DNA from: Eubacteriales bacterium
GTDB taxonomy: Bacteria > Bacillota > Clostridia > Oscillospirales > CAG-272
Reading direction: 5' to 3'
Assembly (NCBI GenBank): GCA_045588245.1
Contig: JAZNDW010000012.1
Location: 95,434 to 159,433 of the forward strand
Length of the DNA: 64,000 nucleotides
Positions within the stretch are counted from its first letter, which is position 1, and each line of letters starts with the position of its first letter. Position numbers and translations under genes: made by a program. The notes below the pieces were generated by a model. The model did not search any database, was not told the DNA's origin, and saw only the letters and a list, made by a program, of their open reading frames with translations. Positions 38,014 through 46,730 of the stretch are shown piece after piece.

Positions 38014-39384
38014 ATGTCTAAAACCTATGTTAATATCCTTGCAGGTGTTTTTGTGGTAAAAATAACGAGTGTTGATAAAAAATCAAGAGCAGAAAAAGCC
38101 GGCATACGTCCGTTCGACGTTCTTTTGGCAATCAACGGTCATGAGATAAACGACGTTCTTGACTACGGTTTTTATCTTGCCGATAAAAACGTTACGGTTA
38201 CGGTATGCCGTGGCGAAAAGAAGCTTAATTTCAAAATTAAAAAAGACGTCTATGATGATATTGGATTAAATTTTGAAACCGCCCTTATGGATGATAAGCA
38301 CCGCTGTGAAAACGGATGTGTTTTTTGCTTCATAGATCAGAATCCGAAAGGAATGCGTCCTACAATATATTTTAAGGACGATGATTCACGGCTTTCTTTC
38401 ATTCACGGGAATTACATAACGCTTACGAATCTTAAAGAAAGCGATATCGAACGCATTATTGAAATGCATATCTCCCCGATAAACATCAGCGTACATACGA
38501 CAGATCCCGAATTACGCGTTAAGATGATGAAAAACAAGCGTGCAGGCGAAAGCTTGCGTTATATAAAAATGCTTGCGGACGGCGGATGTGAGCTTCATTG
38601 TCAGATCGTGCTTTGCCGCGGACTGAATGACGGTGACGTATTGAAAAAAACGATGACGGATCTGTCATACCTCTATCCTGCCGTAACGAGTGTTTCGATC
38701 GTTCCTGCAGGTTTAACGGCTCACAGAGAAGGTCTCTATCCGCTCACTCCGTTCACACAGGTTGAATGCGCGGAAATTGTGGAGCTTGTGGATACATACG
38801 GCTTGATGTGCGCAGAAAAATACGGCTCGCGGATTTTTTACGCTTCGGATGAATTTTACATCAATGCCGGTCTTCAGCTTCCCGATGCCGATTATTACGG
38901 TGATTACGAGCAGCTCGACAACGGAGTAGGTCTTATCACGTCGTTCCTTTCAGATATTGACGCTGAGCTTGATTATATCGGAGATTATGAAATTCCGTCA
39001 TCCCCTCGACGCATCAGCATCGCAACCGGAGAGGCAGCATACGACTTCATAAAAGAAGCTGTTCGTAAAATGGCCGCATTATGTAGCAATCTTGATTGTA
39101 CGGTATATAAAGTGAAGAATAAATTTTTCGGTGGTGCCGTTACGGTTGCAGGGCTTCTGACGGGTGTCGATATGGCAGAGCAACTGTCGGGAGTCGATCT
39201 CGGTGATGAGCTTCTGATACCCGAATCGACTTTACGTGCTGAGGGGGACCTGTTCCTTTGCGGAAACTCTCCCGCTTGGCTATCGGAAAAATTAGACGTA
39301 AAAGTGACCGTTGCCGGGAATGATGCGTCAGCATTCATTTCAGCCGTTCTCGGATGCGGTGATCCTAACGTAAGCGAGGTATAA
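38014..39384 (+). CDS. DUF512 domain protein (PDZ plus radical-SAM-like domain)
   Basis: PDZ-like 'AEKAGIRPFDVLLAINGHEI', Cys motif 'CENGCVFCF', and the position upstream of der that is typical in Firmicutes. Confidence 0.8.
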   Translation: MSKTYVNILAGVFVVKITSVDKKSRAEKAGIRPFDVLLAINGHEINDVLDYGFYLADKNVTVTVCRGEKKLNFKIKKDVYDDIGLNFETALMDDKHRCENGCVFCFIDQNPKGMRPTIYFKDDDSRLSFIHGNYITLTNLKESDIERIIEMHISPINISVHTTDPELRVKMMKNKRAGESLRYIKMLADGGCELHCQIVLCRGLNDGDVLKKTMTDLSYLYPAVTSVSIVPAGLTAHREGLYPLTPFTQVECAEIVELVDTYGLMCAEKYGSRIFYASDEFYINAGLQLPDADYYGDYEQLDNGVGLITSFLSDIDAELDYIGDYEIPSSPRRISIATGEAAYDFIKEAVRKMAALCSNLDCTVYKVKNKFFGGAVTVAGLLTGVDMAEQLSGVDLGDELLIPESTLRAEGDLFLCGNSPAWLSEKLDVKVTVAGNDASAFISAVLGCGDPNVSEV

Positions 39385-39387
39385 CAG

Positions 39388-40353
39388 ATGGCAGGAAGTA
39401 AAAAAACAGTAAAAAGAAAAAAGCAAAATAACGTGCCCATGAATATGGGACTACTCGTCACCGTTTTGTTGATCTGCGCGATCATAATCATTATTATCGC
39501 CGTTGCATCGAATAACGACGGATCCGATGCAGTGACCGATAATAGCGATACGGATAATTCAGGTGGCACACAAGATGTGATCGACGTAACGGACGAAGGC
39601 AAAGATACCGACGCTGACGTGACCGACAACGAGGGTGATGAAACAAAAGGCACGTCCGACGATACGGACGATACTGCTATCGAAACCGAAACGTTGCCGG
39701 ACCCCGAGGATACGACCGATATCGGTGAGGTTGAAGACAGTGATAATGCCGGCGTAGGCGAAGACGGAGATAACGGTGAGAATGATGAGGGAGACGGTGA
39801 TATAGTTATTGAGTACCCGACTGTCAGCCCCGATAACGGTGCCGATTCTGAAAAACTTAACGATATTATCAAGAATTTCATGGACGATAAGCTCAAAATC
39901 GAGCTTCCCGGCGACAGCACGGACGGATACAGCTATAATATCAAATCAACACAAACGATGTTAAGTAACGATGAGATCGCATCAATTCTCGTTTGCGGTG
40001 AATACTATCACATCGATTCCCCCGGTCCCACAGTTTTTGCGTATACGATCAACTGCGATATAAAAGGCACCGCACTTATCACGTCGGACAACCTTATCAA
40101 CGATTACGATAGAATTAAAGATCTTTTCTGTGACGGAAAATTTGAGCTTGTTTACGGTCAGAACGGACTTCTCAACGAAACAAATTACACAGATATGATC
40201 CTGCAGTACAGAGCAGAATACGGAATTTACCCTGACGTCTATTTTACCGATGATAGCTTTGGTATGGTTATCGACCTCGTATCCACACTCGGCGGATACG
40301 CTCGCTTTGAGATACCGTATTCAGAGGTAACGGGATGTATATATATTCCGTAA
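39388..40353 (+). CDS. membrane-anchored protein with an acidic D/T/E/G-rich linker and a C-terminal globular domain
   Basis: 321 aa. Basic N-terminus plus a TM helix, a ~100-aa low-complexity acidic linker, then a C-terminal domain that faintly resembles the DUF4163/DUF3298 type. Confidence 0.65.
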   Translation: MAGSKKTVKRKKQNNVPMNMGLLVTVLLICAIIIIIIAVASNNDGSDAVTDNSDTDNSGGTQDVIDVTDEGKDTDADVTDNEGDETKGTSDDTDDTAIETETLPDPEDTTDIGEVEDSDNAGVGEDGDNGENDEGDGDIVIEYPTVSPDNGADSEKLNDIIKNFMDDKLKIELPGDSTDGYSYNIKSTQTMLSNDEIASILVCGEYYHIDSPGPTVFAYTINCDIKGTALITSDNLINDYDRIKDLFCDGKFELVYGQNGLLNETNYTDMILQYRAEYGIYPDVYFTDDSFGMVIDLVSTLGGYARFEIPYSEVTGCIYIP

Positions 40354-40387
40354 AGAAAAAATAACGACAAATAACGGAGAAAATAAT

Positions 40388-41722
40388 ATGGCAAAACCTG
40401 TAGTTGCAATAGTCGGCAGACCGAATGTCGGCAAGAGCACATTATTCAATAAGCTTATCGGTGAGCGCCGTGCGATCGTTGAGGACACGCCCGGCGTTAC
40501 ACGCGACAGAATCTACGGTACTACCGAATGGCGCGGACGCGAGCTGATCGTGATCGATACGGGTGGTATCGAACCGAAAACCGACGATTTCATGCTCCAG
40601 AAGATGCGCGAGCAGGCGGAAATAGCGATAGACACGGCTGACGTTATCATCTTTATGTGTGACATCAGAACGGGTCTTGTTGCTGATGACAGAGAGATCG
40701 CAACGATGCTCCGCCGTTCGGGTAAACCCGTAGTCCTCTGCATCAACAAAGCCGACAGGATCGGTGACGTTGAAGGGCAGTATTACGAGTTTTATGAGCT
40801 TGGCTTTGACTCTGATCCTATCGCTATCTCGTCAATCCACGGAAGCGGATCGGGAGATCTGCTTGACGCGGTACTTGCAAATTTGCCGTCTGCAGATGTA
40901 GACGAAGAGGAAGAGGACGTTATCAACGTAGCCGTTATCGGAAAGCCGAACGCAGGCAAATCCTCGCTTATCAATAAGATCCTCGGTGAGGACAGGCTCA
41001 TCGTTTCCGATATTGCGGGAACGACGCGTGACGCCATCGACTCACGCGTAAAAAACGAATACGGCACATATAATTTCATTGACACGGCAGGTATCAGAAG
41101 AAAATCGAAGGTCAATGACAGAATCGAAAAATATAGCGTCTTGCGTGCAAGCATGGCAGTTGAACGCGCCGACGTTTGCATTATTCTGATCGACGGCTCC
41201 GAGGGAATCACCGAGCAGGACGAAAAGATCGCGGGTATCGCTCACGAAGCTGGCAAGGCTTGCATCGTCGCCGTTAACAAATGGGATGCTGTCGAAAAGG
41301 ACAACAGCACCGTCAAGGAGTACACGAACAATATAACGACGGCGCTTTCATATATGACGTATGCGCCCATTATGTTTATTTCCGCAAAGACGGGACAGCG
41401 TCTTAATAGCCTATTTGAGCAGATCAATTACGTTTATATGCAGACGAACACACGCATTACGACGGGCATGCTGAATGATCTGTTGTCTGAAGCAACGATG
41501 CGTGTTCAGCCGCCGTCAGACAAGGGCAGAAGACTCAAGATTTATTATATGACGCAGGCAAGCGTTGCACCTCCCACGTTCGTTATCTTTTGTAACCGTG
41601 CAGATCTGTTCCACTATTCCTATCAGCGTTATATTGAAAACAATCTTCGTGATACGTTCGGTTTCCGCGGCACTCCGATACGCCTTGTGATCCGTGCCAA
41701 GGGCGATGAAAAGAATCAATAA
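40388..41722 (+). CDS. der: ribosome biogenesis GTPase Der (EngA)
   Basis: Two GTPase domains, 'GRPNVGKST' and 'GKPNAGKSS', plus a KH-like C-terminus. Confidence 0.97.
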   Translation: MAKPVVAIVGRPNVGKSTLFNKLIGERRAIVEDTPGVTRDRIYGTTEWRGRELIVIDTGGIEPKTDDFMLQKMREQAEIAIDTADVIIFMCDIRTGLVADDREIATMLRRSGKPVVLCINKADRIGDVEGQYYEFYELGFDSDPIAISSIHGSGSGDLLDAVLANLPSADVDEEEEDVINVAVIGKPNAGKSSLINKILGEDRLIVSDIAGTTRDAIDSRVKNEYGTYNFIDTAGIRRKSKVNDRIEKYSVLRASMAVERADVCIILIDGSEGITEQDEKIAGIAHEAGKACIVAVNKWDAVEKDNSTVKEYTNNITTALSYMTYAPIMFISAKTGQRLNSLFEQINYVYMQTNTRITTGMLNDLLSEATMRVQPPSDKGRRLKIYYMTQASVAPPTFVIFCNRADLFHYSYQRYIENNLRDTFGFRGTPIRLVIRAKGDEKNQ

Positions 41723-41749
41723 TTAAAAGAAAAAAGGAATATTTCGATC

Positions 41750-42496
41750 ATGTCTTTTTCGGATATTATAAATCAGGGGTTCATTGGATATTATCTTTCA
41801 AATCCCGTTGATAGCTTTGCTTTGTTTGCAACATTATACTTCGGTGGGTTCATCATATCGATCGTATCGGGATATCTGCTCGGCAGTATCAATACGGCGA
41901 TCATCGTTTCCAAAAAACTTTTTGGCAGTGACGTCCGAGAATCGGGGAGCAATAATGCCGGTATGACAAATATGCTACGTACATACGGCGGCAGTGCCGC
42001 AAAACTGACGCTTTTGGGCGACATAGCCAAAACTGTTGCCGCTTATCTTGTCGGCACGTTGCTTCTCGGTATTCGCGGTGCATACTTTTCCTGCTTCATG
42101 TGCGTGCTCGGCCATGTTTTCCCTGTATTCTACCGTTTTCGCGGCGGAAAGGGAATGGTTTGCGCGGCAACGATGGTGCTTTTGCTGAATCCGCTTGCTT
42201 TTTTGATTCTTTTCGTCGTGTTTGCTATCGTTGCTGTCGGTATTAAATATGTGTCATTAGCTTCCATAATGGCAGCAATGATATATCCTCTTGCACATTC
42301 ATGGACGATGGGATATATGCCGGGACGTCTGTGGATCGGTTCAACTACTTTCACAGTAATCGTTGCGCTTTTGATTTTGTGGCGTCACTATCCTAATATG
42401 AAGCGTCTTTGGGACCGTACTGAATCAAAAACTGACCTTTTAGCAGCAATTAAAGGCAAAAAAGAAAGTAAACGGGAAGACGGCGATGCAAAATGA
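41750..42496 (+). CDS. plsY: glycerol-3-phosphate acyltransferase PlsY
   Basis: 'GSNNAGMTN' and 'FRGGKG' motifs in a multi-pass membrane protein. Confidence 0.9.
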   Translation: MSFSDIINQGFIGYYLSNPVDSFALFATLYFGGFIISIVSGYLLGSINTAIIVSKKLFGSDVRESGSNNAGMTNMLRTYGGSAAKLTLLGDIAKTVAAYLVGTLLLGIRGAYFSCFMCVLGHVFPVFYRFRGGKGMVCAATMVLLLNPLAFLILFVVFAIVAVGIKYVSLASIMAAMIYPLAHSWTMGYMPGRLWIGSTTFTVIVALLILWRHYPNMKRLWDRTESKTDLLAAIKGKKESKREDGDAK

Positions 42497-43682
42497 AATA
42501 ATGCGCTTTTCACAGCTTGCGGAGCATGCCGCCATCGCCGGTGCATTAAGAAAAGTTACACTTTCCGTGCCGTCAACCGACGCTCCTTATAAAAAAGTGA
42601 CCCTCTCGCTTTACGTTGACAGTTCGGACTCTTTAATGGTTTCGGCAGAAATGCTTCAGGATGACGGCAAAATGATCCGAAAGAATCACGCACCCGACAG
42701 CATAAGATCGCTTCTTTCTGAGTTACTGCCGAAATACAGCCGCGCGAATCTCTTGACGCCGTCGGCTGAAGCGCAGCTTATGACATCGAAAAAGGGCAAA
42801 ACGACCTTGATCGGAGAAGCTAACGTAAAGCGTGCGCTTGAGTCGGGCGAGCTTGCACAAACGAAAACGGGCAATAACGACAAAAAGAAATATATTTTTG
42901 ACGGCGGCGAAAAATGGCTCTACTTACTCGGGATAAGCAATTCCGACGGACGTATCCACGATAAAAAGCAGTCTAAGTTCCGTCAGATCAACCGTTTTAC
43001 GGAGTTACTTGACGACGTATATGATAAGCTTCCGCAGACGGGAACACTGAATGTTTGCGATCTTTGCTGCGGAAAAAGCTATCTGAGCTTTGCGGTATAC
43101 GAATATTTGACTGCACATAAACATAGAACCGTCAATATGCTTGGTATTGACAGAAAGCGCGATGTTATAGAATACTGTAACGAAACTGCAAAAAAAATAG
43201 GTGCCGACGGACTTCATTTCGTTGCGGCTGATATCGGTGAGGATAAGGTATACACCGATGCGTTCGGCGACGGCGATATACACCTGACAGTATCACTTCA
43301 TGCTTGCGATATAGCAACCGATATCGTCCTACGCCGTGCGGTTTTGATGAAGTCGCGGATCATTTTGTCTACACCTTGCTGTCATCACGAGCTTTACGGA
43401 AAGCTTAATTCACAGCCGCTCTGCTTCATCACCGACCACTCCATGTTGGCACAGAAGCTGAACGATGCTGTGACTGACGGACTCAGAGTAAGAATGCTTG
43501 AGGTAGAAGGATACCGCGTTGACACAGTCGAACTTGTTGACCCCGAGGAAACGCCAAAAAACATTCTCATACGTGCTGTAAAAAGAAAAAACAGCGTGAA
43601 CAGAGAAAAGCTCGCAGAAGAATACAAAAAGATCATCGAATTTCTCGGGCTGTCGGGATCTTATTACGATATTTATAAATAA
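42486..43682 (+). CDS. class I SAM-dependent methyltransferase
   Basis: 'VCDLCCGKSYLS' is a SAM-binding motif I-like sequence. The gene overlaps the plsY stop by 11 nt. An alternative ATG lies at 42501. Confidence 0.7.
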   Translation: MQNEIMRFSQLAEHAAIAGALRKVTLSVPSTDAPYKKVTLSLYVDSSDSLMVSAEMLQDDGKMIRKNHAPDSIRSLLSELLPKYSRANLLTPSAEAQLMTSKKGKTTLIGEANVKRALESGELAQTKTGNNDKKKYIFDGGEKWLYLLGISNSDGRIHDKKQSKFRQINRFTELLDDVYDKLPQTGTLNVCDLCCGKSYLSFAVYEYLTAHKHRTVNMLGIDRKRDVIEYCNETAKKIGADGLHFVAADIGEDKVYTDAFGDGDIHLTVSLHACDIATDIVLRRAVLMKSRIILSTPCCHHELYGKLNSQPLCFITDHSMLAQKLNDAVTDGLRVRMLEVEGYRVDTVELVDPEETPKNILIRAVKRKNSVNREKLAEEYKKIIEFLGLSGSYYDIYK

Positions 43683-43689
43683 AAAGCAT

Positions 43690-43729
43690 AAATACAGCCG
43701 CCGATAAGATTATCGGCGGCTGTATTTTA
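43690..43729. terminator. bidirectional intrinsic terminator
   Basis: 17-bp stem aaatacagccgccgata pairs with tatcggcggctgtattt. Confidence 0.85.
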
Positions 43730-43737
43730 TAAGTGTA

Positions 43738-44778
43738 TTATATTATACTGTCAAGCCAAATATCTCGCAACTTCAAAGCAACTCCGCGTGCGCTGTGGCG
43801 GAAGTTCGTGCCTCCTGATATGAATTCGGGAAGATTTTCTAGACCGTAAGATTCTTGCAGGTAATATTTTAGCTGATTAATAATATAAGCGGGGTTTTTT
43901 GGAAGGTCGCTTTCTATAATGAAAGCATCGGGATCAAGTATAGTTATGATATTATAAACAGCGCTTGAAAGCTCGTTGACCATTTCGGTGTCCGAACGGT
44001 TCTGCCGTATCCTCGACTCAAGTGTTTCGCCGTAACGGAGTATCATCCTACCGAAATCACATTCGGCGTTGTGCGCTCCTTTTACAAAATTCCCGCGATT
44101 GCAAACGGCTCCGTCTATACATTCACCCATGTACATATAGATAACGACCTTGTCATCATAATGGGGAATACTTCTGACGCATGAAAGAGCAGCCGCTTCG
44201 ACGTTCTTCATGATAAATGTAATCGGTATGTCAAGTATTCCCTCTACCGTTTTTGAAAGAGGGATGGAATTGAGTTCCGGTACCTTTGTGCTGTTGATCT
44301 TGTCATTATTAGGATCGTAATCTCCCGGGATTGCAATACCGAGACCGATAAATTTATCCTTATCGGGACGTGAATCGATATATCTTTTTGCACTTTTCAA
44401 AAACATATAAAGGTTATCGTCGTATAAAAGCTTAGTGTTATATTTATACGTATAAGAATCGAAAAGGTGCAGGGAAAGATTGATTATATTAAGTGTAAAA
44501 TCACGTTCAGACAGATCGATGACGATGGAATAATGATCGTTTTTCAAACAAACAAGTCCCGCTTTGCGTCCGGCACCGCACTTTGTTTCTTTGATCTCCG
44601 AAACGATACCAAGATACATGAAAGCATCCGTTATCTTGCCGACCGTCATAAGACTCAAGCCCGTAGCCTTGGACAGGTCAGAACGGCTTATATAGCTTCC
44701 GGACGCTATTGCACCGAATATATTTTTAATACTCTCGTTTTTTATACTTCGTAAGCTTATGTTTCCCAAAACAGTCAA
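43738..44778 (-). CDS. ROK family transcriptional regulator-like protein
   Basis: N-terminal wHTH 'ISRSDLSKATGLSLMTVGKITDAF' and a sugar-kinase-fold body. The ROK signature appears degenerate. Confidence 0.6.
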   Translation of the reverse strand: MTVLGNISLRSIKNESIKNIFGAIASGSYISRSDLSKATGLSLMTVGKITDAFMYLGIVSEIKETKCGAGRKAGLVCLKNDHYSIVIDLSERDFTLNIINLSLHLFDSYTYKYNTKLLYDDNLYMFLKSAKRYIDSRPDKDKFIGLGIAIPGDYDPNNDKINSTKVPELNSIPLSKTVEGILDIPITFIMKNVEAAALSCVRSIPHYDDKVVIYMYMGECIDGAVCNRGNFVKGAHNAECDFGRMILRYGETLESRIRQNRSDTEMVNELSSAVYNIITILDPDAFIIESDLPKNPAYIINQLKYYLQESYGLENLPEFISGGTNFRHSARGVALKLRDIWLDSII

Positions 44779-44967
44779 TACTCCATTTGAAAAAAATTAT
44801 CATTGATTTATAGAATTAATGATACAATACCATTATTAAAAAGTCAATGATAATATTTAATAATAACAACAAACAGAAAAAAATAAAAAACAATGAATAA
44901 ATACTATTGAAAAATAGTACATGATATTATATAATTGATTCAATCAAACAAGAAAGGTACCATTATT

Positions 44968-45189
44968 ATGACAGAAAAGATTATAGAAATCATCACAAAC
45001 CAGCTCATGCCCGACTCTGAAATCACACTCGCTTCTTCCATGACTGACGATCTTGGGGCTGATTCACTTGACATCGTGGAAATAATGTTAGCAATTGAAG
45101 AAGAATTTAATGTAAATATTCCCGACGAAGTTCTTATCGAATTTAAGTCTGTCGGTGATCTTGTCGCATACGTCGAGGAACACGCATAA
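44968..45189 (+). CDS. acyl carrier protein
   Basis: 'DLGADSLDIVEIMLAIEEEF' carries the phosphopantetheine-attachment Ser. The ATG at 44968 lies behind agaaagg. Confidence 0.88.
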   Translation: MTEKIIEIITNQLMPDSEITLASSMTDDLGADSLDIVEIMLAIEEEFNVNIPDEVLIEFKSVGDLVAYVEEHA

Positions 45190-45200
45190 AATGTATAAAT

Positions 45201-45226
45201 AAACCGCGGTTTTACCGCGGTTTTTT
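45201..45226 (+). terminator. intrinsic terminator after the ACP gene
   Basis: Stem aaaccgcgg pairs with ccgcggttt, followed by a T-run. Confidence 0.75.
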
Positions 45227-45301
45227 ATTCACAGCAAGCAACTCAATGTAATTAATATTGATTTTTATGTTTTTAACGAAGAAAAAAGGAAAGTGTGCAA
45301 A

Positions 45302-45348
45302 AAAATGTCAAACTTCTACTTGACACATTTTTTAGACGCGTGTATAAT
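45302..45348 (+). promoter_or_regulatory. consensus sigma-A promoter with an overlapping dyad (candidate BlaI-type operator)
   Basis: TTGACA (45320-45325), 17-nt spacer, TATAAT (45343-45348). Inverted arms aaaaTGTCA (45302-45310) and TGACAcatttt (45321-45331) bracket the -35 element. Confidence 0.55.
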
Positions 45349-45383
45349 ATATGGACACCCAAAGAAAATGGAGTCGAAAAACA

Positions 45384-45767
45384 ATGGAACTCGAAATATT
45401 CAAAAAACTTCCCGATGCAGAATTTGATGTAATGTGCGCTGTATGGAATTCTCCTATCCCCACGACAACTCCTGTACTTATGAAAGAAGTCGGAAACGAC
45501 AAAGGATGGAGAGCTCCGACGTTGATCTCGTTCCTCGTACGTCTTGAGGACCGCGGATTCATCCGTTCGGAAAAGAACGGCAAAGAGCGTCAGTATTATC
45601 CTCTGATAGACAAAAAAACCTATATGAGCTACTTCACAAAGCGTTTCCTTGACGTATATCACGGCGGCTCGCTCAAGTCATTCCTCGACACTTTGGCAGG
45701 CGACGGATCGCTTACGTCCGAACAGTTTGACGAGCTTCTTCTCTGGCTTCAGTCAAGAGAGTTTTAA
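45384..45767 (+). CDS. BlaI/MecI/CopY family transcriptional repressor
   Basis: 'EFDVMCAVWNS...PTLISFLVRLEDRGFIRSEKNGKERQYYPLI' is a penicillinase-repressor-type wHTH. The ATG at 45384 follows ggag. Confidence 0.85.
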   Translation: MELEIFKKLPDAEFDVMCAVWNSPIPTTTPVLMKEVGNDKGWRAPTLISFLVRLEDRGFIRSEKNGKERQYYPLIDKKTYMSYFTKRFLDVYHGGSLKSFLDTLAGDGSLTSEQFDELLLWLQSREF

Positions 45768-46543
45768 TGACGAACGCTCCGCGTCCGTATTCATACGTTA
45801 ATAAGCTACGGTTTTTGAACGCGTGTTACGAGCACAACCGTACTTCAGATGCCGCTTATGGCATAGGAACGCTTAAAGAGAAGCGTATACATAAGGTTCT
45901 GAAGGACTATTTTGATCCGGACAGATCGCATCAAGAAATTCCGCACCTCGGTTATATAGCAGACATAAAAAACGGTGACGGTATCATAGAGATCCAAACA
46001 GGCGGTCTGTCTCCTCTTTATCCTAAACTTGCGGCGTTTTTGCCTGAATCAAACGTGACGCTTGTACACCCGATGATAAAAGAGAAAACGCTTTCGTGGA
46101 TTGATCCTAAAACTGGCGAGATCTCTCCGAAGCGAAAATCTCCGCTGCATGAAAAGCCTATTGACGGCGTTGTTGACTTATATAATATCCGCAGTCACCT
46201 CGGTAACACCAATCTGAGTATCCGACTTGTATTCATCGAAGTCGATGAATACAGATTCAAAGACGGATATGCACGCGGCGGCAGAAAAGGATCACACAGA
46301 TACGACCGTATTCCGATACAGCTTTTTGATATCGTGTGCCTTGATACACCTGCTGATTATTTGCAGTTTTTGCCCGAGCAGTGCAGGACGGATGCGTTTA
46401 CGACGACGGATTACGCCGTTGCCATGAAAATTAGCAGAAAAGCGGCATATTACGTTTTAACTGTGCTGACCTGTTGCGGATTACTGAAAAAAGAAGGCAA
46501 ACGCGGTAACAGCTATCTTTACACGATGAATTCTGTTTTGTAA
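45767..46543 (+). CDS. hypothetical protein, PD-(D/E)XK nuclease-like core with C-terminal wHTH-like region
   Basis: 258 aa. Its start overlaps the blaI-like stop (TAATG). 'EKRIHKVLKDY...GYIADIKNGDGIIEIQTGG' resembles CoiA/restriction-endonuclease-like cores. This is a by-eye call only. Confidence 0.55.
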   Translation: MTNAPRPYSYVNKLRFLNACYEHNRTSDAAYGIGTLKEKRIHKVLKDYFDPDRSHQEIPHLGYIADIKNGDGIIEIQTGGLSPLYPKLAAFLPESNVTLVHPMIKEKTLSWIDPKTGEISPKRKSPLHEKPIDGVVDLYNIRSHLGNTNLSIRLVFIEVDEYRFKDGYARGGRKGSHRYDRIPIQLFDIVCLDTPADYLQFLPEQCRTDAFTTTDYAVAMKISRKAAYYVLTVLTCCGLLKKEGKRGNSYLYTMNSVL

Positions 46544-46586
46544 GCGTACACAGCTTCGTCGTTTTTGTAATTAAATGATTGATTTT

Positions 46587-46619
46587 GCGTCTGTGTCATA
46601 CGGCACAGACGCTTTTTTT
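46587..46619 (+). terminator. intrinsic terminator
   Basis: Stem gcgtctgtg (46587-46595) pairs with cacagacgc (46604-46612), followed by a T-run at 46613-46619. Confidence 0.8.
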
Positions 46620-46730
46620 CATTACGACGGTTTCGGCAAATGAACAATTTGACTGTAATTCGGAAATTATTAATATTCAAAAGGTATCAACTCCATATTT
46701 TTAATATTCCCAAAGAATTAAAAAGTATTA

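Noticed and set aside
38985-39920. 311-aa Ser-rich ORF on the minus strand
   Set aside because: It is a shadow of the acidic low-complexity coding region: GAx/ACx codons read as Ser/Val codons in antisense. It spans the junction of two well-supported plus-strand genes and has no RBS or recognisable motif.
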